From positions 1-59,848 of the forward strand of contig CALVIC010000005.1 of NCBI GenBank assembly GCA_944329365.1: 59,848 nt of DNA, given 5' to 3'. The position numbers and the translations under genes were made by a program. Positions within the stretch are counted from its first letter, which is position 1. Each line of letters begins with the position of its first letter. A model generated the notes under the pieces. It did no database searches, was not told the origin of the DNA, and saw nothing but the letters and a program-made list of their open reading frames with translations. This DNA comes from an uncultured Bacilli bacterium (GTDB lineage Bacteria; Bacillota_I; Bacilli_A; RF39; UBA660). Shown here one piece after another: positions 48,471 to 58,650 of the stretch.

Positions 48471-51404
48471 ATGCATAGAGAATATAAAAGAAGAAAAATA
48501 ATAATATTTTCTCTAATTGGAATTCTTTTTTTAATGGCCGTAGGGTATTCAGCATTCCAAACAAAATTAAATATATCAAGTACTAGTAATATAACAAGTG
48601 TCTGGGATGTTGAAATAACAAATGTTAAAATAAAAGAAATAAATGGCCTCGCTGAAAATGTAGGTGATTTAGATTCATATACAAACCTAGAAGCTAATAT
48701 GGAAGCTAACTTCTATGAACCAGGTGATTATATAACATATACAGTAACCGTATCAAATAAAGGAACATTAGATGCCATGTTAGATTCAGTTAAATTAAAT
48801 ATGCCCGAGCAAGAAGTAATAAACTTTAAAGTCGAAGGAGCAACATCAAAAGAGAAATTACCAGCAGGAAGTAGTAAAGATATCGACGTTACTATGGAAT
48901 ATACCGGAAATAATCCAGAAGATGTAGGAAGTGTGGAAGCTGATGTCAATTTAGATTATGTTCAAGATGGACATCCTACAGAATTTCCAGATGCCGATAG
49001 TCCAGAAGAAGATAATTTAAGAATAAACGATATTATATTAACTCCAACCGAAACAAGTGTGAAAGCAGAAATAGAAGCTGAAGGTGCGATAAAATATTAT
49101 TATTCTATAGATAATAATACATGGTATGAAAGCAGTGAAAACATATATAACATATATCATTTAAAACCAAATACAACATATACAATGTATGTAAAAGCCG
49201 AAGGAGATAATGGAAAAGTAGTCTATAGTAGTAAACCATTTACAACTTTAGATAATACATCTCCTAAAGTAAATATAAATATAGGTGATAATGTCAAAGG
49301 CGAAAATGGATGGTATAAAGGTCTTTCATTAAATACCGAAGTAACAGATAATGATAAAGTAAAAGAAGTATTATATTGTGTAGGAAAAGACTGCACGCCT
49401 AATAAAACATTAAATCTAGAAAATAACAAAGCTACTATAACTTTAGAAAGTAGTAAAGATGTACAAAAGTTATGTATAAAAGCAACAGATATGGTAGGCA
49501 ATGTTACAAATAAATGTAGTAATGAATATAAAGTAGATGGTGAATTACCAACATTATCTAATATGAATATTGAAACAAAAGATGATGTGATGGAAGTAAC
49601 CATAACTGCCACAGATAATGAAAGTGGGTTATATAAATATTACTATAGTAAAGATGGCGGGAAGACCTATATAGAAAGTGATAATCCAAACTATACATTT
49701 ACTGGTTTAGATGAAGGCGATTATTTAGTAACTGCATATGTAAAAGATAAAGCTGGAAATGAGAGTGAAATAAAAGCTCAATCAACAGCTATTAGATATA
49801 CCTCATATTGTAAGAAAAACAATATTGACGATTTTGGAGACTGTTTAATTGCGACTGAAGCTCAAAATCCAAATATTGAAGAAGCCAAAGCGATTATTGA
49901 AGCTAAAGGTACACCTGATTTTACAAAGACAAGTCCAAGTATTTTATATGATGAGAAACATGCAACAACGACAAGTACATGGTCAACAACAAGTACAAAT
50001 GTATACATCGGAACAGGATATGAATTTAATCCAGAAACAGGAATGTATACAATAACGGGAGGAAGCATGCGTAATCCAAATGAAATAGATTTAAATGATG
50101 GGAATACTTATTACATGAATGGAAGTACATGGATAAATGAAACTGCATCGTCAGTATATAGGATATCAAATATAAGTTCAACTACAAATAGTGAAACAGG
50201 AGCCGTTACGACAACGATTACATATTATAATTACACAATCATGCCAAAGAGTTATGACACTTCCACCGTTGGAATGTATGCAGCTAACGATGATGGTGAA
50301 AATACGTATTATTACCGTGGTTCAGTGACCAGTAATTATGTTAAGTTTGGCGGTTTTTACTGGAGGGCAATAAGAGTAAATGGTGACGGCACTGTAAGAC
50401 TTATATATGACGGAAAAAATCCCCATGCAAATGGTGAATCATCAAGTGATAGACAAATTGGGGCGCAGCCTTTTAATAATTATGAAAACGATAACACATA
50501 TGTTGGATATATGTATGCAAATCCAGATAATTATGTAGAAACAAATAGTGAGGATACAACTTTTAATAATACTGGATTATCTTCGACAGCAAAATATTAT
50601 TTTGGAACAAGTTATATATTAGATAAAAATAGTCGTAAGTATAAATTATCTGGAGATATAATACAAGGAACAATTGCACCTGATAAAGTTGGATATTATA
50701 CATGTTTCAGTACAAATAAAGATGCAACCTGTCAAAGACTTTTCTATACAACAAAATATAATTCATTAACGTCAATGACTGTAAGTGGGGTAGGATATGG
50801 AACGACAAGTAAAGAACAGTCACAAAGTAATGATACAGATAGTACCGTAAAAGCTTATTTAGATAAATGGTATCAAAATAATTTAAATAATTATACAGAT
50901 AAACTATCAAAAGATACGATATTTTGTAATAATAGAAGTATTTCAAATAAACAAAGTGGAGCATATACAAATGAGGGATTTGGAATACATCCAACAATAT
51001 ATGGAAATAAAAGATTTCAAAATTGGTCAAATCAAGGAATACTTGGACCAACATTAAATTGTCCATTAAATGATAGTTTTAGTGTAAGCAATATTAAAGG
51101 AAACGGAAAACTTACATATCCAGTTGGACTTATTACAGCAGATGAAGTAAATATGGCTGGAGGTATTAATGGTTCTGCAAATCGACTTTATTATTTATAC
51201 ACAGGAAGTAGCTATTGGACTATGTCACCATTCAAATTTGTTGATGTATTATATTCCACAGAAGGATATATAAATGAATTTGGTCAATTAAGAGATTTAG
51301 GGACTTCAATATCACTTTTTATCCGTCCCGTAATCAATATTGACCCAAGTAAAATAGACTTTTCAGGAAATGGAACGATGTCTGATCCATATGTCATATC
51401 ATAG
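48471..51404 (+). CDS. Large surface protein: TasA-like N-domain, FN3/Ig-like repeats, C-type-lectin-like C-domain
   Basis: VGYS-AF leader, EPGDYITYTVTVSNKGT, LKPNTTY, D.AGN repeats, YYYRG...NYV.FGG..WR, YWTMSP...IRPVINI...GNGT.SDPY. Confidence 0.82.
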   Translation: MHREYKRRKIIIFSLIGILFLMAVGYSAFQTKLNISSTSNITSVWDVEITNVKIKEINGLAENVGDLDSYTNLEANMEANFYEPGDYITYTVTVSNKGTLDAMLDSVKLNMPEQEVINFKVEGATSKEKLPAGSSKDIDVTMEYTGNNPEDVGSVEADVNLDYVQDGHPTEFPDADSPEEDNLRINDIILTPTETSVKAEIEAEGAIKYYYSIDNNTWYESSENIYNIYHLKPNTTYTMYVKAEGDNGKVVYSSKPFTTLDNTSPKVNINIGDNVKGENGWYKGLSLNTEVTDNDKVKEVLYCVGKDCTPNKTLNLENNKATITLESSKDVQKLCIKATDMVGNVTNKCSNEYKVDGELPTLSNMNIETKDDVMEVTITATDNESGLYKYYYSKDGGKTYIESDNPNYTFTGLDEGDYLVTAYVKDKAGNESEIKAQSTAIRYTSYCKKNNIDDFGDCLIATEAQNPNIEEAKAIIEAKGTPDFTKTSPSILYDEKHATTTSTWSTTSTNVYIGTGYEFNPETGMYTITGGSMRNPNEIDLNDGNTYYMNGSTWINETASSVYRISNISSTTNSETGAVTTTITYYNYTIMPKSYDTSTVGMYAANDDGENTYYYRGSVTSNYVKFGGFYWRAIRVNGDGTVRLIYDGKNPHANGESSSDRQIGAQPFNNYENDNTYVGYMYANPDNYVETNSEDTTFNNTGLSSTAKYYFGTSYILDKNSRKYKLSGDIIQGTIAPDKVGYYTCFSTNKDATCQRLFYTTKYNSLTSMTVSGVGYGTTSKEQSQSNDTDSTVKAYLDKWYQNNLNNYTDKLSKDTIFCNNRSISNKQSGAYTNEGFGIHPTIYGNKRFQNWSNQGILGPTLNCPLNDSFSVSNIKGNGKLTYPVGLITADEVNMAGGINGSANRLYYLYTGSSYWTMSPFKFVDVLYSTEGYINEFGQLRDLGTSISLFIRPVINIDPSKIDFSGNGTMSDPYVIS

Positions 51405-51417
51405 AAAGGATGCGTCT

Positions 51418-52053
51418 ATGAAAAATAAGAAGTTAAATAATAAAAAGAAATTAATAATATTTATTGGAATATTAATTATCATAATAATAGTTGTCTTGAT
51501 TATTGTGTTAAATAATCAAAATAAAGAAGAAAAAATAGAAATAGTAAATTATAAAGATGCAGAGAAGTTATATCAAACATCAGATAATAAATGTACAGAC
51601 ATAACTGATGAAAACGATAGTCTACTTCTTTATCTAATATTTAGTAATATGGATAAGGACAATAAACTCTCTGATAATATAAGTTATGAAGAATATGAAA
51701 ATACAGCTAAAACAATCTTAAAGACAGATGATATTCCTGCTAAAATAAATAACTATTTATATGATGGCTATAGTTATACATTAAATAATGATGAAATAAC
51801 TAGAGAAAAAAGTGAATGTGAAGAAAAGTATGTATCAAAAATCTATGGCTACAGCAACAATAATGATACTCTGAGTCTATATATCTCATCAGGTTATGTG
51901 AAGGATAGAAAAGTATATAATTTATCTGGTGATGAAATAGGAGACTATGATAAAGATACAATAAACAAAATACTAGATGATGGAACTATTAAAATATATA
52001 ATTATCAAAATAAAAATGGAAATTATATATTAGATAACATAAGCTCTGATTAA
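51418..52053 (+). CDS. Membrane-anchored partner protein, paralog of 128..760
   Basis: RBS AAAGGA, N-terminal TM, two Cys. Confidence 0.85.
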   Translation: MKNKKLNNKKKLIIFIGILIIIIIVVLIIVLNNQNKEEKIEIVNYKDAEKLYQTSDNKCTDITDENDSLLLYLIFSNMDKDNKLSDNISYEEYENTAKTILKTDDIPAKINNYLYDGYSYTLNNDEITREKSECEEKYVSKIYGYSNNNDTLSLYISSGYVKDRKVYNLSGDEIGDYDKDTINKILDDGTIKIYNYQNKNGNYILDNISSD

Positions 52054-52125
52054 TTTCAGAGTTTTTATGTAAAACAATTTCTAAAATCAATTTAACATGG
52101 TATAATACTTTATAGGAGGGAAAAA

Positions 52126-52782
52126 ATGACAAAACAAATATTACCTAAAGTATTCGCTTGGATGTGCTTCGGATTATTAGTCACATTCCTAACAGGCTAC
52201 GTACTATCTTTAAATCCTACAGCTGTAATAAATATGGCATCTAGTTTTGGTGGATGGGGACTATTAATACTCGCCATAATTGAAATAGGCTTAGTTATCT
52301 TCTTATCAGCTCGAATTACTAAAATGAGCCCACTTACTGCCAAATTATCATTTCTACTTTATGCATTTGTCAGTGGCTTAACATTTTCAAGTATCTTCTT
52401 AGTTTATGAAATAACCTCAGTCTTATATGTATTCCTAATCACATCAATAGTATTTGCCCTATTTGCTATTATTGGTGCTACTACTAAAATGGACCTAACC
52501 AAAATAGGAACATATCTATTTATGGCCTTAATCGCAGTTGTGATTTGTATGATTATTAACATCTTTATGCAAAATTCTACATTTGATCTAATCATTTCAA
52601 TTGTTGCCATAATAATCTTTGTAGGATTTACAGCTTATGACGTTCAAAAATTAATAAAACTTGGAACCCTAAACGTCATGGATGAAGATAACCTAGCTAT
52701 CTATGGTGCTTTAGATCTATATCTAGATTACATCAACCTATTTATCCATCTATTAAGCATTTTTGGTAATAATAGGGATTGA
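52126..52782 (+). CDS. Bax inhibitor-1/YccA family membrane protein
   Basis: KVFAWM, TAYDVQK, GALDLYLDYINLF. Confidence 0.92.
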   Translation: MTKQILPKVFAWMCFGLLVTFLTGYVLSLNPTAVINMASSFGGWGLLILAIIEIGLVIFLSARITKMSPLTAKLSFLLYAFVSGLTFSSIFLVYEITSVLYVFLITSIVFALFAIIGATTKMDLTKIGTYLFMALIAVVICMIINIFMQNSTFDLIISIVAIIIFVGFTAYDVQKLIKLGTLNVMDEDNLAIYGALDLYLDYINLFIHLLSIFGNNRD

Positions 52783-52820
52783 TTAATCAAAAAAAATATA
52801 CTATAATATTAAAAGTTAAA

Positions 52821-53035
52821 AGCGATGAATAAGAGTATTAACAGTAAATATCTTATATAGAGAAAAAGTGGTTGGTGCAAACTTTTAAGATATCCTGCGA
52901 ACTTACTTAGGAGCTTTCTATATCATAAGTATAGAACGAGTAATGCCCGTTAAGCATTTAAAGATTCATAAAGTATTATGAAAATAAGGTGGTACCGCGA
53001 AATAATCGCCCTTATAAATTCATAATACTTTTTTA
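52821..53035 (+). promoter_or_regulatory. T-box riboswitch (Leu, specifier CUU 52902-52904)
   Basis: AGAGA, GGTG.AA, GAA-CUU, AAGGTGGTACCGCG. Confidence 0.9.
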
Positions 53036-53049
53036 TTAAAGGAGGACCA

Positions 53050-53394
53050 ATGTATTATCTAATTTCATTTATCTTGTGCTTTATCATAGTATACCTAATT
53101 TACACATTACTAATTACGATGAGAAAAAAAGGCTTAGAAAAACTCAAAACCGGTAGACAAATGCACTATTTCAAAACCCTATATAACTTAGATGAAAACA
53201 AACTAGACATTAAAAAATTCGCCGGCAGTCTCGCTTTAACTAACTCAATTATAATTTCAATCACATTTACTGTTATAATCGCATTCAAAAGCCTTTTAAT
53301 CGGTCTTATAGTCGGCCTAATTATAATTATTCCCCTAATGTATATCTCCTATAAAATACTGGGACAAACATATAAAAAGAAAGAAGGAAAATAA
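53050..53394 (+). CDS. Small 3-TM membrane protein between the T-box and leuS
   Basis: RBS AGGAGG; hydrophobic segments. Confidence 0.8.
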   Translation: MYYLISFILCFIIVYLIYTLLITMRKKGLEKLKTGRQMHYFKTLYNLDENKLDIKKFAGSLALTNSIIISITFTVIIAFKSLLIGLIVGLIIIIPLMYISYKILGQTYKKKEGK

Positions 53395-53395
53395 T

Positions 53396-55777
53396 ATGTA
53401 TGAACATCAAAAAATTGAACAGAAATGGCAAGAATACTGGCAAGAACATCAAACATTTGCCGCCTCTAATAATAGTAAAAAACCCAAAAGTTATTTATTA
53501 GTAGAATTTCCATACCCATCAGGTGCCGGACTTCACGTTGGACATGTTAGAAGCTATACCGCTCTAGATACCTTAGCTCGTAAAAGAAGAATGGAAGGAC
53601 ATAACGTTCTATTCCCAATTGGATGGGATGCATTTGGTGCCCCAGCCGAACAATATGCCATTAAAAACCATATTCATCCTAAAGACGCTGTTAAAGCCAA
53701 TATCAAAACTTTTAAAAAACAAATCGAAGAACTTGGTATTTCCTTTGATTGGAATAGAGAATTCTCAACCACTGACCCAGAATACTATAAATGGACCCAG
53801 TGGCAATTCCTAAAATTTTATGAACATGGAATGGCTTATAAAGCTAAGAAAAACATCAACTGGTGTCCAACTTGCAAAACTGGACTATCTAACGAAGATT
53901 CAGCCGGTGGTGTATGTGAAAGATGTGGCTCCCAAGTATATCAAAAAGAAAAAGAACAGTGGCTACTTAGAATGAGTGATTACGCTGAAGACCTAATCCA
54001 AGGCCTGGACGACACGAATTTTAGTGACCGTGTTAAAATTGGCCAAATAAATTGGATAGGTAAAAGTAAAGGCGCTGAAATAGACTTTAAAATTGGTGAT
54101 GAAAACCTAACAGTCTACACAACTAGACCAGATACAATATACGGTGTCACTTTTATGGTTATTGCTCCTGAGCACCCACTAATCGAAAAATTAAGCAGTA
54201 AAATAACTAATATGGATGAAATAAAAAAATATCAAGAATTTGCTAAAACCAAATCAGAACTCGAAAGAACCGAACTTTCTAAAGAAAAAACCGGAGTTGA
54301 AATCAAAGGCATTAAAGCCATTAACCCAGTAACCCAAAAAGAAATACCAATTTGGACAGCTGACTATGTCATGATGGGTTATGGAACAGGCGCCATTATG
54401 GCCGTACCTGCTCACGACTCGAGAGATTATGAATTTGCAAATAAATTCAACATAGACATCATTCCTGTAATTGAAGGAGATACCCTTCCATATACCGGCG
54501 ATGGCAAATATATAAACTCTGACATCTTAAACGGAATGACAAACAAAGACGAAGCCGTTCATAAAATGATTGACTACCTAGAAAAAAATAAAATAGGCCG
54601 TCCAAAAGTAAATTATCGTCTTCAAGATTGGATTTTCTCAAGACAAAGATTCTGGGGTGAACCAATCCCACTTATTAATTGTCCAAACTGTGGTTGGGTT
54701 GAAGTTCCTGAAAAAGACCTTCCAGTCAGACTTCCAGATGTAGCAAATTACGAACCAACTGACGACGGTGAAAGTCCACTTGCTGGCATAGACGAATGGG
54801 TAAACACTACATGCCCAAAATGTGGTGGTAAAGCTAAAAGAGAAACCGATACTATGCCTAACTGGGCTGGTTCATCTTGGTATTGGCTAAGATATATGGA
54901 TGCTCACAACGATCAAGAATTCGTCTCTAAAGAAGCCCTCAATTACTGGGGCAAAGTCGACTGGTATGACGGTGGGATGGAGCACGTAGCTCGTCACCTT
55001 CTATATGCTAGATTCTGGAACCAATTCCTATATAATATTGGACTTGTACCAAACAAAGAACCATTTGACAAACGTACCCTTCATGGAATGATTTTAGGCC
55101 CAGACGGTGAAAAAATGAGTAAATCTAAAGGTAACGTTATCAATCCTCATAGTATAGTTGAAGAATTTGGCGCCGATGCTCTAAGAGTCTACGAAATGTT
55201 TATCGGTGACTATGAAAAAGACGCTGCTTGGAGTACCAATGGCCTTAAAGGATGTAAACGATTCCTCGATAGAGTTTGGAAAATAGGGGAAAAACTAAAC
55301 GATAAACAAGGATACCAAAACGAAGTTTTAGTTAACCAAACCATTAAAAAAGTCTCAGACGATATCGAAAACATCAAATACAACACTGCTGTTTCTGCTT
55401 TAATGATTTTACTTAACAATTATGAAGACGAAGAAAGCATCACCAGAGACGAATATCGCACACTTCTTCATCTATTAAATCCATTTGCTCCGCATATAAC
55501 TGAAGAACTAAACGAAAAATATTCATTAGGTAAACCTTTATGCGAATCAAATTGGCCAAAATATGATGAAACCAAAATTGAAAACGATAACTACGAACTA
55601 GTCTTCCAAGTAAACGGTAAAGTTCGTGGTAAAATGGAAGTAGCTAAAGAAACATCTAAGCAAGAAATGGAAAAACTTGCTAAAGAAAACGAAAACGTTA
55701 AAAAGTTTATCGAAGGTAAAGAAATAGTTAAAATAATTACAATTCCAGGAAGACTTGTCAATATAGTTGTCAAATAA
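53396..55777 (+). CDS. leuS: Leucine--tRNA ligase
   Basis: FPYPSGAGLHVGH, SRQRFWGEPIP, KMSKS, QVNGKVRG. Confidence 0.98.
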   Translation: MYEHQKIEQKWQEYWQEHQTFAASNNSKKPKSYLLVEFPYPSGAGLHVGHVRSYTALDTLARKRRMEGHNVLFPIGWDAFGAPAEQYAIKNHIHPKDAVKANIKTFKKQIEELGISFDWNREFSTTDPEYYKWTQWQFLKFYEHGMAYKAKKNINWCPTCKTGLSNEDSAGGVCERCGSQVYQKEKEQWLLRMSDYAEDLIQGLDDTNFSDRVKIGQINWIGKSKGAEIDFKIGDENLTVYTTRPDTIYGVTFMVIAPEHPLIEKLSSKITNMDEIKKYQEFAKTKSELERTELSKEKTGVEIKGIKAINPVTQKEIPIWTADYVMMGYGTGAIMAVPAHDSRDYEFANKFNIDIIPVIEGDTLPYTGDGKYINSDILNGMTNKDEAVHKMIDYLEKNKIGRPKVNYRLQDWIFSRQRFWGEPIPLINCPNCGWVEVPEKDLPVRLPDVANYEPTDDGESPLAGIDEWVNTTCPKCGGKAKRETDTMPNWAGSSWYWLRYMDAHNDQEFVSKEALNYWGKVDWYDGGMEHVARHLLYARFWNQFLYNIGLVPNKEPFDKRTLHGMILGPDGEKMSKSKGNVINPHSIVEEFGADALRVYEMFIGDYEKDAAWSTNGLKGCKRFLDRVWKIGEKLNDKQGYQNEVLVNQTIKKVSDDIENIKYNTAVSALMILLNNYEDEESITRDEYRTLLHLLNPFAPHITEELNEKYSLGKPLCESNWPKYDETKIENDNYELVFQVNGKVRGKMEVAKETSKQEMEKLAKENENVKKFIEGKEIVKIITIPGRLVNIVVK

Positions 55778-55780
55778 TTT

Positions 55781-55814
55781 AAACTCGCCTCTTAAAATGA
55801 GAAGCGAGTTTTTT
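55781..55814 (+). terminator. leuS terminator
   Basis: AAACTCGC...GCGAGTTT plus T-run. Confidence 0.8.
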
Positions 55815-55881
55815 CCTTCAAAAACAATTGACATTCCAAATATTAAAGAGTACAATAACTCAAAAACGAAAGGGAGAAAAC

Positions 55882-56499
55882 ATGAAAAATTATTATTCAA
55901 GCAAAAGAAAAGCTCCAGAATATTTTATATTAAAATATGAAATAAAAAACAGTAAAATTATAATTTACTTTGCCGATGGCAAAACAAAAGAAGAAACATA
56001 TAGTAAAGAATTAGAAAATCAAATAATTGAAAATATGGAAAACCAACTATCTGACACTTCTTTCTATAACTTGAAAACCGAAATTAAAGAAAACATGCAA
56101 ACTTCCAAAAATCTTTCGGTAGTATCTAGTGGTTTATTTGTTATCTTTTCAGCTTCATCATATATTGGAGAACTACCTCTAAATACTGTTGAAACCATTC
56201 CAGTCATTGTTCTAAGTGCCATATGTGCCGGCTCATCTTTAATTAAGCAGCACAAATTTAAAGCACTTCTGCAAGATTTAACTAAAAACCATCGTTTCGT
56301 TGTCAATAAAGAGTTATTTGAAAATTTAGATTCGAGTCAAACCAAGCTAGTCATCTCTAAACAAGATAGTAAAACAAAAGCGGCCCTTACAGGTGAAATT
56401 AATATAAACGCCATTGACCCGTTAACTAAAAAACAAGTAACCAATCTTATCGATACAGCTCGGCAAATGAAATCTAAAAATTATGTTTATAAAAAATAA
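55882..56499 (+). CDS. Hypothetical protein with a central hydrophobic hairpin
   Basis: Own promoter TTGACA 55828/TACAAT 55851, RBS AGGGAG. Confidence 0.78.
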   Translation: MKNYYSSKRKAPEYFILKYEIKNSKIIIYFADGKTKEETYSKELENQIIENMENQLSDTSFYNLKTEIKENMQTSKNLSVVSSGLFVIFSASSYIGELPLNTVETIPVIVLSAICAGSSLIKQHKFKALLQDLTKNHRFVVNKELFENLDSSQTKLVISKQDSKTKAALTGEININAIDPLTKKQVTNLIDTARQMKSKNYVYKK

Positions 56500-56534
56500 T
56501 TGACTAAATAAAACTAATATGATATATTTTAAAC

Positions 56535-56740
56535 AGTTGACGAAGAGAAATACCAAGTAGTTATTTAACCGGTAATCAAGAAAGTTAGTGGCTGATGTAA
56601 ACTAACCAAAGTTAAATAATCAAATACACATTTTGAGTCAAATCGGTGTAACCGTTATCTTACTAAAGACGCATAGAAAATACTATGAAATAAGGTGGTA
56701 CCGCGGATAATCCGTCCTTATATTTATAGTATTTTTTTAT
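56535..56740 (+). promoter_or_regulatory. T-box riboswitch (Tyr, specifier UAC 56625-56627)
   Basis: AGAAA, GCTGATG.AA, AAGGTGGTACCGCG at 56692. Confidence 0.88.
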
Positions 56741-56759
56741 ATAAAAGGAGGAATTTAAA

Positions 56760-57419
56760 ATGGAAATTGGAAAATATATTGATCATACAAATTTAAAAAT
56801 GGATGCCACCAGTAAAGATATTGCTAAACTTTGCCGCGAAGCCATTGAATACGGTTTTGAAACCGTTTGCGTAAATCCTTGTTATGTAACCCTTGCCAAA
56901 GACATGCTTAAAGACACAAACATAGGAGTATGTACCGTCGTAGGCTTTCCTCTTGGCGCTACAACCCCAAAAGTAAAATCATTTGAAGCCATTGAAGCCT
57001 GTGACAATGGAGCTGATGAAATAGATATGGTTATCAATATCGGGGCTCTCAAAGATAAAGATTACGACTTTATCAAAAAAGAAATCGAAGAAGTTCGAGA
57101 TTCTATCGATGGCAAAGTTCTAAAAGTAATAATTGAAACATCTCTTTTAGAAGACGACGAAATAATTAAAATGACAGAAATATGCAACGAAACCTTTGTC
57201 AACTTTATCAAAACAAACACTGGCTTTGGTTCAAGAGGAGTATCCCTTCACGATATTGAACTTATAAATAAACATAAAGACGAATTATTAGAAATCAAAG
57301 CAAGTGCAGGAATAACAACATTTAAACAAATGGACGAATTAATTAAAGCCGGTGCGACCCGTATTGGAACAAGTCACAGTGTCGACATCGTAACTCATAT
57401 GAAGGAGGAAAACAAATGA
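56760..57419 (+). CDS. deoC: Deoxyribose-phosphate aldolase
   Basis: IDHTNLK, TVVGFPLG, EIDMV, LKVIIET, FIKTNTGF, GATRIGTS. Confidence 0.95.
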   Translation: MEIGKYIDHTNLKMDATSKDIAKLCREAIEYGFETVCVNPCYVTLAKDMLKDTNIGVCTVVGFPLGATTPKVKSFEAIEACDNGADEIDMVINIGALKDKDYDFIKKEIEEVRDSIDGKVLKVIIETSLLEDDEIIKMTEICNETFVNFIKTNTGFGSRGVSLHDIELINKHKDELLEIKASAGITTFKQMDELIKAGATRIGTSHSVDIVTHMKEENK

Positions 57420-58642
57420 AATTATACGACGAATTAAAATGGCGTGGCCTAATCAAAGATGAAGCTGGAAAAGACCTTGAAGAAAAACTAAACGCTGGCG
57501 GCCTAACTTTCTATATTGGAACAGACCCAACCGCTGATAGTTTGCACCTTGGACATCTATCTAGTTTTCTAATTAGTAAAAGATTAGAAAAAGCCGGCCA
57601 CCATCCTATTCTCTTAGTCGGTGGGGCAACCGGTAGAATAGGGGACCCAAGGCCCACTGAAGAAAGGCCAATGCAACCAGTAGAAGTTATTGAACATAAT
57701 TTCAAATGCCTAAAAAAACAAGTAGAAGATCTCTTTGGCTTCGAAGTTGTCGATAACTACGAATGGTCAAAAAACATTAACTTTATCGATTTTCTAAGAG
57801 ATTACGGCAAGTATTTTAACGTCAATTATATGCTCGATAAAGATATCATCAGAAGAAGATTAGAAAGTGGCATAACCTATACTGAGTTTTCATACATGAT
57901 TATGCAAGCCCTAGACTTCCTTCACCTTCACGAAACACGAAATTGTATGCTAGAATGCGCCGGATCTGACCAGTGGGGAAACATTACCGCTGGAATTGAT
58001 TTAATTAGAAAAAAAACTGGAGACGAAGTATACGGCTTTACCATGCCTCTTGTTACTGATAAAAATGGCAAAAAATTTGGAAAATCTGAAGGTAACGCCC
58101 TATGGCTCGATAAAAATAAAACTTCAAGCTATGAAATATATCAGTATCTTTTAAATAGCGATGACGAAAAAGTCATTGACTACTTAAAAATATATACCTT
58201 CCTTACTAAAGAAGAAATAGAAGATATTGAAAAAAAATGGCAAGAACATCCAGAAACAAGATTAGCGCAAAAAATTTTAGCTAAAGAAGTTGTAACTTTC
58301 TTACACGGAAAAGAAGAAACAGCTAAAGCAATTGAAATGAGTGAAGCTTTGTTCTCTGGGAAAGTTAAAAACTTTACTAAAGAAGAAATAAATATTATCT
58401 TCAAAGACATGCCTAAATTTGAGAACGAAGAAGAACAAAATATCGTTGATTTCTTAGTAAATAATAAAATAGCCTCAAGTAAAAGAGAAGCTAGAGAATT
58501 TGTTCAAGCTGGAAGTATTACTATAAACGAAGAAAAAATCACCAGCCTAGACAAAATAATAACTAAAGATATAGCTATAGATGGTGAAGTCTTAGTTGTA
58601 AGACGTGGTAAAAAGAAATATTTTATTGGTAAATTTATATAA
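57416..58642 (+). CDS. tyrS: Tyrosine--tRNA ligase
   Basis: DPTADSLHLGH, GSDQWGNI, KFGKS, S4 domain. Confidence 0.97.
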   Translation: MKLYDELKWRGLIKDEAGKDLEEKLNAGGLTFYIGTDPTADSLHLGHLSSFLISKRLEKAGHHPILLVGGATGRIGDPRPTEERPMQPVEVIEHNFKCLKKQVEDLFGFEVVDNYEWSKNINFIDFLRDYGKYFNVNYMLDKDIIRRRLESGITYTEFSYMIMQALDFLHLHETRNCMLECAGSDQWGNITAGIDLIRKKTGDEVYGFTMPLVTDKNGKKFGKSEGNALWLDKNKTSSYEIYQYLLNSDDEKVIDYLKIYTFLTKEEIEDIEKKWQEHPETRLAQKILAKEVVTFLHGKEETAKAIEMSEALFSGKVKNFTKEEINIIFKDMPKFENEEEQNIVDFLVNNKIASSKREAREFVQAGSITINEEKITSLDKIITKDIAIDGEVLVVRRGKKKYFIGKFI

Positions 58643-58650
58643 AAATAGAA

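Noticed and set aside
2279-58410. Many 60-130 aa antisense or out-of-frame ORFs inside core genes
   Set aside because: Shadows of well-supported genes, with no RBS or motifs
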